Source: a virus. From it: a stretch of DNA of 39,499 nucleotides. The stretch is from the IMG/VR virus record IMGVR_UViG_3300045988_136409, one strand, 5' to 3'. The position numbers and the translations under genes were made by a program. Shown here one piece after another: positions 34,145 to 39,499 of this stretch (positions within the stretch are counted from its first letter, which is position 1; each line of letters starts with the position of its first letter). The notes beneath the pieces are model-generated. The model had not been told where the DNA came from. It searched no databases and saw nothing but the letters and a program-made list of their open reading frames with translations.

Positions 34145-35138
34145 ACCCACAGTATGGAAAAACAAACCGTCGGTGGATACTCCGCTGAATGAAACGAATC
34201 TGAATAAATTGAGTCAGGGTGTGAGCGAGATTGATAACCGAGTGATTACCTTGAATATGACCAAGTTTGAGAAAACGGATGCGCAGTCCTGCATCAAAAA
34301 GATCGAGTATGACAAGGCAACAGGTAAGTTTACCATCACAGCGGTCTCCGGCGCACAACAGGTTATTGATACTATGCTCGAAAAGCTGGCGGTCAATTTT
34401 GACTACGATCCCACTGCACAGCAGCTGATCATCACGCTGGATGACGGCAGTAAAAAATACGTGGATCTGTCAGCACTGATCACACAGTTTGAATTTGTGG
34501 ACTCCAATATCGTTTATTGGACGGTAGGAGATGATGGCAAAGTAAAGGCTGACATCAAAAACGGCAGCATTACGGCGGATAAACTGCAGCCTAATTACCT
34601 GGCAGACATCACTGTGCAGGCAGAAAACGCAAGCGCTTCTGCGACTGCAGCGGCAAAGTCAGCGACGGCGGCAGCGGGATCTGAGACGGAAGCAGCCCAG
34701 TCTGAGGAAAATGCCAGGGTATCTGCAGAGCAGGCAGGGATATCAGCTGATAATGCCAGTGCAAGTGCCACAGCGGCAGCAGGATCCGAAACGGCAGCAG
34801 CAAAGTCTGCGGAATCTGCGCAGACCACCAGCAAACACGCAGAGGATTTGGTGGAAGATGTTACACAAAAACTGGAGACCGGTCAATTTAACGGTCCTCA
34901 AGGCATTCAGGGTCCGAAAGGTGATAAGGGAGATAAAGGAGACAAGGGGGATAAAGGGGATCCTGGGGAGAAGGGTGATCGTGGAGACAGTGGGGTGACA
35001 GTGCCAATAAACGGTATGTTTACCCTGTCTGGGGACGCAGAGGGGAACCTGTGGGCGTACTACGCAGATGACACGACACCCCCACAGTTCGAAGTAGACG
35101 AAGAAGGAAACATATATTATTTAACACCAGATGCATAG
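34128..35138 (+). CDS. tail fibre protein with Ala-rich repeats and collagen-like G-X-Y tract
   Basis: GPQGIQGPKGDKGDKGDKGDKGDPGEKGDRGDSG (34893-34994), with duplicated ASASATAAA...GSETAAA segments. Confidence 0.75.
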   Translation: MQKAYEPTVWKNKPSVDTPLNETNLNKLSQGVSEIDNRVITLNMTKFEKTDAQSCIKKIEYDKATGKFTITAVSGAQQVIDTMLEKLAVNFDYDPTAQQLIITLDDGSKKYVDLSALITQFEFVDSNIVYWTVGDDGKVKADIKNGSITADKLQPNYLADITVQAENASASATAAAKSATAAAGSETEAAQSEENARVSAEQAGISADNASASATAAAGSETAAAKSAESAQTTSKHAEDLVEDVTQKLETGQFNGPQGIQGPKGDKGDKGDKGDKGDPGEKGDRGDSGVTVPINGMFTLSGDAEGNLWAYYADDTTPPQFEVDEEGNIYYLTPDA

Positions 35139-35149
35139 GAGGATAGATT

Positions 35150-36079
35150 ATGTCAAAAGTGTTGATCGGAAATTTTAAAGGACCACAGGGAGAACAGGGG
35201 ATTCCAGGTATTCAGGGAGAACAAGGGGAACGGGGGAATAGGGGATCCCGCTGGACCGAAGGGACCGCTATTACCGGGACAAGCACCACACCTACAGTAT
35301 TTAACGGCACAGGAATATCGGATTCACTCGCAGAAGATATGTATCTTAACACAGATACCGGAAATGCATATCGTTGCACGACTGGCGGAGAGGCTACGGT
35401 AGCAAAGTGGGTGTACGCCTGTAATCTTAAAGGCATCAAGGGTGATACAGGAGCTAAGGGAGATCCCGGAACTGCCGGCCCGAAGGGAGAAAAGGGAGAT
35501 ACAGGAGAACAGGGACCTAAAGGAGAAACACCTACTGTGGCTGACAACATGACCGTGGCTTTTACTGAGGCAGCCACCAGAGAGAATATTTCCACTGGTG
35601 AAAAAGTTTCTACTGTATTTGGAAAAATAAAGAAATTTTTTGCTGATCTCACTGCCCCGGCATTTGCGCAGATGATTACATCTAAGGAGGATCTGTTGGC
35701 TGCAAAGGTGACCGGATATGTGCCGGATGCCAAGGCGGTAGCAGATACATATACTGAGTTAAATGGCAATTTAACTTATTCAACGGAAGAAACAATATGC
35801 GGTAAATGGATTGATGGTAGAAAGATATATCGAGTTGTTAAGCAAGTCACATCAAATATTAATACTAATATTGTTGCATTATCGCTTCCTACCGCATCTC
35901 GTGTTATAGATATCAAAGGTACTATAGATACTAACGAAAACAGAACAATTCCCATTTATTGTACATGGGAAACTGGATTATCAATATATGCATACTACTA
36001 CCAATCTGAAAAAAATATCTATCTTAATAACAAGGTTGGAAGCGGTACGGCATATATAATAGTTGAGTATATTAAATAA
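35150..36079 (+). CDS. collagen-like tail fibre / receptor-binding protein (constant part 35150-35758 plus expressed C-terminal cassette A 35759-36079)
   Basis: Two G-X-Y tracts. The composition switches to AT-rich after ELNGNL. The crossover-like site TAAATGGCAA lies at 35760-35769, within the 18-bp dyad GTTAAATggcaATTTAAC. Confidence 0.8.
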   Translation: MSKVLIGNFKGPQGEQGIPGIQGEQGERGNRGSRWTEGTAITGTSTTPTVFNGTGISDSLAEDMYLNTDTGNAYRCTTGGEATVAKWVYACNLKGIKGDTGAKGDPGTAGPKGEKGDTGEQGPKGETPTVADNMTVAFTEAATRENISTGEKVSTVFGKIKKFFADLTAPAFAQMITSKEDLLAAKVTGYVPDAKAVADTYTELNGNLTYSTEETICGKWIDGRKIYRVVKQVTSNINTNIVALSLPTASRVIDIKGTIDTNENRTIPIYCTWETGLSIYAYYYQSEKNIYLNNKVGSGTAYIIVEYIK

Positions 36080-36412
36080 TTACTTTAATCCATATATCTT
36101 AATATCAGAAAAAGTCCAACCGGAAGATGCGCATGTTTGAATATATATAGATTCATTTACCACATATCCACCAATAGTATAATAATAATCTGATCCAGCA
36201 GCATTATTGTAATATCTTCTAAACCATATTTGTCCAACGACTTTTACAACAGACATATCAATTATAATGTCTTCAATGTGTCCTGCTGTAAATCTTATTA
36301 ATATTTTTTTATATGGAGTGAAATTAATATTATACCTCTGTTCTTTCTGCGACGTTATTGTTGTTAATAATTCAGATGATGACAAATCTAATTTGCCATT
36401 TAGCGTAGTAGA
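36080..36412 (-). other. silent tail-fibre C-terminal cassette B (no RBS or ATG), inverted and tail-to-tail with cassette A
   Basis: The minus-strand frame opens 3 codons before LNGKLDLSSSELL... TAAATGGCAA on the minus strand (plus 36393-36402) is in the same codon phase as site A. About 106 aa, AT-rich. Confidence 0.6.
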
Positions 36413-36456
36413 TCAGATGGCGGGCGCAGCCACAAGAGCGCCAGAAAGGAGCCCAC

Positions 36457-36972
36457 ATGGGTTACATAAAATTTAAAAAGAAAAAGACCGTTACAAAGGT
36501 CATTGTGTCAGAAGAGAGTCCTCATGTGATCCGGATCACCGGAGACAATCTCACAGTAAATACTGACGGCTTCCGCCTCTACCTGGATGAGGGATGCAAA
36601 TACCAGCTGGACAACGGCGAGTATGAGGCATACACAACTTTATTCAGGGAGGGTAACGGCTGGTATGAGCTGTCCGATGACGGATCCGTATATATTGAGC
36701 CGGTTGTACCGGTGCAACCGGAGCCCACAGAAGAGGAGCTTGCAGAGCAGGAACGGCAGCAGCAGATCAGTCAGTTGACAGCGCAGATTGATGACCTTAA
36801 GACCCGGATTGCTGCCAGCGACTATAAAGTCATCAAAACATACGAGTATACTCTTCTCGGTGAGCAGACTGAGTATGACATGGAGACTGTCCATGCAGAG
36901 CGGCAGGCTCTCCGGGATCAGATCAACACCCTGGAGACCCAGCTTGCAGATCTGACCACAACTGCAGAGTAG
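36457..36972 (+). CDS. hypothetical phage protein (XkdW-like position), C-terminal coiled-coil
   Basis: 171 aa with an AAAGGAG RBS. Confidence 0.6.
   Translation: MGYIKFKKKKTVTKVIVSEESPHVIRITGDNLTVNTDGFRLYLDEGCKYQLDNGEYEAYTTLFREGNGWYELSDDGSVYIEPVVPVQPEPTEEELAEQERQQQISQLTAQIDDLKTRIAASDYKVIKTYEYTLLGEQTEYDMETVHAERQALRDQINTLETQLADLTTTAE
36704..36717 (+). repeat. copy 7 of the palindrome (TTGtACCGGTGCAA, 1 mismatch), intragenic
   Basis: CCGGTTGTACCGGTGCAACCGG is a 22-bp near-palindrome. It encodes PVVPVQP. Confidence 0.6.
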
Positions 36973-37087
36973 GAGGTTGCCTATGAGAGTGAGAGACGGT
37001 CCCGAACAATTACATAGTAACCAAGAGCCATGAGCCGATTGCTTCCTTCCGGAGGTGACCGGCTTTTATATTTGAGTGAGGTGCGAC

Positions 37088-37429
37088 ATGAATGAAACCG
37101 AAATGGAACATCGTCTTACAGAGGTAGAATCCAGATCAAAATCCAATACTCATAGGATTGATAAGTTGGAGAGAGTGACGGAAGAAATACATACGATGTC
37201 AAACACGATGATTCAGCTGGTGGAGGAAGTAAAACACACCAATGAGACGGTCTCCAGCCTTGATCAGAAAGTTGAAAAAATGGATGGTCGTGTGGATGAC
37301 ATGGAGCGTGCTCCGGGGAAAGAGTGGAGTAATGCAAAGAGAACAGTATTTAATACTGTAGTAGGAGCAGTGATAGGCTTTTTAATTGCTGGCCTGATGT
37401 GGGCAGCAGTGCAGGCATTTTTAATATAA
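37088..37429 (+). CDS. XhlA-like lysis-associated membrane protein
   Basis: N-terminal coiled-coil (RLTEVESRSKSNTHRIDKLE...) plus C-terminal TM segment VVGAVIGFLIAGLMWAAV. GTGAGGTG RBS. Confidence 0.65.
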   Translation: MNETEMEHRLTEVESRSKSNTHRIDKLERVTEEIHTMSNTMIQLVEEVKHTNETVSSLDQKVEKMDGRVDDMERAPGKEWSNAKRTVFNTVVGAVIGFLIAGLMWAAVQAFLI

Positions 37430-37443
37430 GGAGGATACGAGTT

Positions 37444-37776
37444 ATGAGTACAAGTACAATCATGGTAATTATTTTGGCAGTGCTGACGGCACTGGTAGCA
37501 GGTACCTTTTTATGGATATACATCCGCGATAAGACAATTGATGAGATCAGAGTGGATGTATATCACCTGTTCCTGATAGCGGAACATGCATTCAAGGAAT
37601 CCGGATCCGGGAAACAGAAGATGAAATATGTGGTAAGTCAGGCGAGAAGGCTTTTACCGTCGTGGCTGCAGTATTTTATCACAGACGATTTTTTAGAAAG
37701 CGTAATAGAAAAGTGGTTTCAATCAGTGAAGGATCTGCTGGATGACGGCAAACTGAATGGATCAGAGGAGGAATAA
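37444..37776 (+). CDS. putative holin (N-terminal TM, LL-H-like)
   Basis: The TM segment is IMVIILAVLTALVAGTFLWIYI. AAGGAGGA RBS. Located directly before the lysin gene. Confidence 0.6.
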   Translation: MSTSTIMVIILAVLTALVAGTFLWIYIRDKTIDEIRVDVYHLFLIAEHAFKESGSGKQKMKYVVSQARRLLPSWLQYFITDDFLESVIEKWFQSVKDLLDDGKLNGSEEE

Positions 37777-37779
37777 GCC

Positions 37780-38610
37780 ATGATGAAGGGCATTGACGTA
37801 GCAAAATGGAACGGAGTTATCGACTGGGCGAAGGTGAAAAAGGCAGGGGTAGAGTTTGCCGTCCTGAAAGTCATCGATAAATCCAATAAAACAGAGTCGT
37901 CTTTTGTCAGAAACTATGCGGGAGCAAGCGCACAGGGACTACCTTTGGATGTCTATAATTACCTGTATACTACCACTGAGGCAGCAGCCAGGGAAGCAGC
38001 CAAAGCAGTGGTAAATGCACTTGCCGGGAGAAAGATCGGAAAGGTATGGGCAGATGCGGAGGATGCCTGCCTTAAAAATAAAGGTATTCAGTTGATTTGG
38101 ATCCTTAACACCTATAAGGCAGTGATCGAGGCGGCTGGTTATGAGTTTGGCGTGTATACTGGGTTGTCCTTTTACAACAGTTATATCAAACCTTACAAGG
38201 CTTATATTGACTGTGATTTCTGGATTGCAAGATATCCGTCTACGAAAGATATGACAATTGCTATGGACCCGCCAGCATCAAAAAAACCGGTTATCTGTCA
38301 TAATCTTTGGGGCTGGCAGCATTCCAGCCGCGGTAGAGTGTCTGGAATCAGCGGATATGTAGATATGGATATCTGCTATACAAAGGTGACCAGTAGCGGA
38401 ACCGTGCAGTCAACTACGGCATATTATCCTAGATACACCGGTACATCTGGATCCATTGTAGCGGCACTTAATGCTGTCGGAGTTAACTCCAGTTTTGCCA
38501 ACCGTAAAGCAATCGCGAAGGAAAATGGTATCACAGGATACATCGGATCGGCAAAACAGAATATACAAATGTTAGCATTGCTGAAAAGTGGGAAACTTAA
38601 AAGGACTTGA
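37780..38610 (+). CDS. endolysin, GH25 muramidase with C-terminal cell-wall-binding domain
   Basis: N-terminal MKGIDVAKWNGVIDWAKVKKAGVEFAVLKV is typical of GH25. The C-terminal SIVAALNAVGVNSSFANRKAIAKENGITGYIGSAKQNIQMLALLKSGKL resembles an Amidase02_C-like tail. Confidence 0.85.
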   Translation: MMKGIDVAKWNGVIDWAKVKKAGVEFAVLKVIDKSNKTESSFVRNYAGASAQGLPLDVYNYLYTTTEAAAREAAKAVVNALAGRKIGKVWADAEDACLKNKGIQLIWILNTYKAVIEAAGYEFGVYTGLSFYNSYIKPYKAYIDCDFWIARYPSTKDMTIAMDPPASKKPVICHNLWGWQHSSRGRVSGISGYVDMDICYTKVTSSGTVQSTTAYYPRYTGTSGSIVAALNAVGVNSSFANRKAIAKENGITGYIGSAKQNIQMLALLKSGKLKRT

Positions 38611-38674
38611 TTGACGGTATAATAAATATATGGTAATCTACAACTAGTCCAATTTGAACCTTTTCATTGGTAAA

Positions 38675-38703
38675 GGCGGAGAGTCTCGGAAAAACTCTCC
38701 GCC
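38675..38703 (+). terminator. rho-independent terminator after the lysis genes
   Basis: GGCGGAGAGT ctcggaaaa ACTCTCCGCC followed by the T-rich tgttctcgttt. Confidence 0.6.
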
Positions 38704-38712
38704 TGTTCTCGT

Positions 38713-39009
38713 TTAAATGGCAAGTTTGTGACAGAAAAAGTCGAACTCGGTTCGGATGTAATATTAAACAAAAATAGCAGTTTTACGATCGAATTTAATG
38801 TTACAAAAACTGGATATATACCTATAGCTGTCTGCTCATGGGCACTTTATAATAGAGATAATGCACAATATATCCACGTGAACGGCATTGAAGTTGGAAC
38901 AGGAATAAATACTGGATTTATTTATATACAGGGAAGACACTCTAATTCATCTAACACAGCTAGGATACCAGCTGATGCATATGTCGTAGTTCTATACCAA
39001 GCACAGTAA
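38713..39009 (+). other. silent tail-fibre C-terminal cassette D (no RBS; begins LNGKFVTEK)
   Basis: TAAATGGCAA at 38714-38723 is in the same codon phase as site A and lies 10 nt after the terminator. About 98 aa, AT-rich. The track ORF starts at an internal GTG. Confidence 0.55.
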
Positions 39010-39056
39010 TTTTGAAATATAATGTAAGTGGCAAATTAATACAAAGCACCTAGTAT

Positions 39057-39386
39057 TTAATCAATAATAAATGAACCACTAAATATACATAATCTAATAG
39101 TAGCTTGCGTAATCTCTTGAAAAATATTTCCGTTTGGTAATAATGATATTGTTCCTGCTTGAACATTACTACCATCAAATACTGCACCTAAAATAGATAT
39201 CATGGTTGATGGTCTGTAGCCTTCCGGGAGTGTTCCAATAACAGCTCCATATGGGATACTACAGTCAGTTAATCTAAATGATATATTGACTATTTTACCG
39301 TATTTACGCAATTGAGAATATGTCAATACACCATTTGCAACACCTAATTTGCTACTACCATCTAACATCGCTAACTTGCCATTTAC
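39057..39386 (-). other. silent tail-fibre C-terminal cassette C (begins VNGKLAMLDGSS), inverted and convergent with cassette D
   Basis: TAAATGGCAA on the minus strand (plus 39376-39385) is in the same phase. No RBS before the ATG at 39368. The sequence ...GTLPEGYRPS...LLPNGNI... is typical of fibre-tip domains. Confidence 0.55.
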
Positions 39387-39416
39387 AGAGAAAATAAATT
39401 ACAGGAAACAACTTGA

Positions 39417-39437
39417 TGCAACATGAAATGCAACATG
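39417..39437 (+). repeat. two TGCAACATG direct repeats, candidate integrase arm-type sites (int-distal arm)
   Basis: Copies at 39417-39425 and 39429-39437, in the same orientation and with the same 12-nt spacing as the left array. Confidence 0.6.
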
Positions 39438-39440
39438 AAA

Positions 39441-39470
39441 TAGAAAAACCCTTGAAAAATCAAGGGTTTT
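39441..39470 (-). terminator. phage-borne rho-independent terminator directly downstream of the reconstituted tRNA 3' end
   Basis: On the minus strand: AAAACCCTTG attttt CAAGGGTTTT followed by tctattt, starting 3 nt after the tRNA discriminator. Confidence 0.7.
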
Positions 39471-39473
39471 AAG

Positions 39474-39499
39474 AAGCGCGAGACGGGGATCGAACCCGC
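39474..39499 (-). tRNA. 3' end (T-arm plus acceptor strand) of a tRNA gene continuing beyond the window; attR core
   Basis: The reverse complement is GCGGG TTCGATC CCCGT CTCGCGC T. No CCA is encoded. The isotype cannot be determined from this fragment. Confidence 0.6.

Larger units (their letters stand above)
27..39473. mobile_element. integrated temperate tailed phage (prophage), complete between the att repeats
   Basis: Integrase lies next to attL. Immunity, replication, packaging, head, tail and lysis modules are in canonical order, flanked by the 26-bp direct repeat in a tRNA 3' end. Confidence 0.85.

Noticed and set aside
34620-34995. Ala-rich duplicated segments and GDK/G-X-Y tandem repeats in the first fibre gene.
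   Set aside because: Collagen-like and Ala-rich repeats are ordinary features of phage fibres and are not treated as a separate system.
34128-36079. A diversity-generating retroelement acting on the fibre genes.
   Set aside because: There is no reverse transcriptase gene and no template/variable repeat pair with adenine-specific differences anywhere in the window.
36457-38610. Search for a serine invertase (Gin/Cin/Hin-like, about 190 aa) next to the fibre cassettes.
   Set aside because: None is found. The genes between the cassette modules are an XkdW-like protein, XhlA, holin and GH25 lysin.
1-39499. The terminal 26-bp identity could be a circular-contig assembly overlap rather than attL/attR.
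   Set aside because: The repeat is exactly a tRNA T-arm plus acceptor strand. The integrase and arm-type repeats abut it, and a terminator follows the right copy. This fits tRNA integration better, but it cannot be excluded without flanking sequence.
1-39499. CRISPR arrays, rRNA genes, complete tRNA genes and IS elements or transposases.
   Set aside because: I found no regularly spaced repeat-spacer arrays, no rRNA-like segments, no full cloverleaf and no transposase-like ORFs.

Overview
The window is one complete temperate siphovirus-type prophage of about 39.4 kb, with Firmicutes-style strong AGGAGG ribosome-binding sites (RBS). It is bounded by a 26-bp direct repeat (1-26 = 39474-39499) that reads on the minus strand as the T-arm plus 3' acceptor strand of a tRNA gene, so the ends look like attL and attR of a tRNA-integrated phage. 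Gene order from left to right: tyrosine integrase with arm-type repeats; a lysogeny operon on the minus strand (XRE/ImmR-like repressor, ImmA-like peptidase, small zinc-ribbon protein, SIR2-family protein); a divergent Cro-like early operon; an early/replication region (HUH Rep-like protein, RNase H-like protein, PcfJ-like protein, HNH, RHH, AAA+ ATPase and many small ORFs); a second Xer-like tyrosine recombinase; a RinA-family late activator; then terS, terL, portal, MuF protein, scaffold, capsid, connectors, tail tube, chaperones, tape measure, Dit/Tal, two collagen-like fibres, XhlA/holin/GH25 lysin. Observations most worth follow-up: (1) A SIR2 + mini-MuF-like zinc-ribbon gene pair sits inside the lysogeny operon and fits no described SIR2 defence architecture that I can recognise; a near-consensus convergent promoter plus hairpin is antisense to its 3' end. 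(2) Four AT-rich, start-less tail-fibre C-terminal cassettes of about 100 aa each begin in frame at a conserved TAAATGGCAA site, in alternating orientation. This looks like a shufflon/G-segment-like receptor-binding switch with no adjacent invertase. (3) A 14-bp palindrome TTGCACCGGTGCAA (extended AAATTGCACCGGTGCAAC) occurs 7 times, co-oriented with transcription, and a 26-nt leader is identical upstream of SIR2 and rinA. (4) A 280-nt GC-rich structured non-coding region lies in the early operon. (5) The MuF head protein carries a C-terminal HExxH domain and is followed by a translationally coupled 54-aa ORF. All functional calls rest on by-eye motif recognition; no database search was possible.
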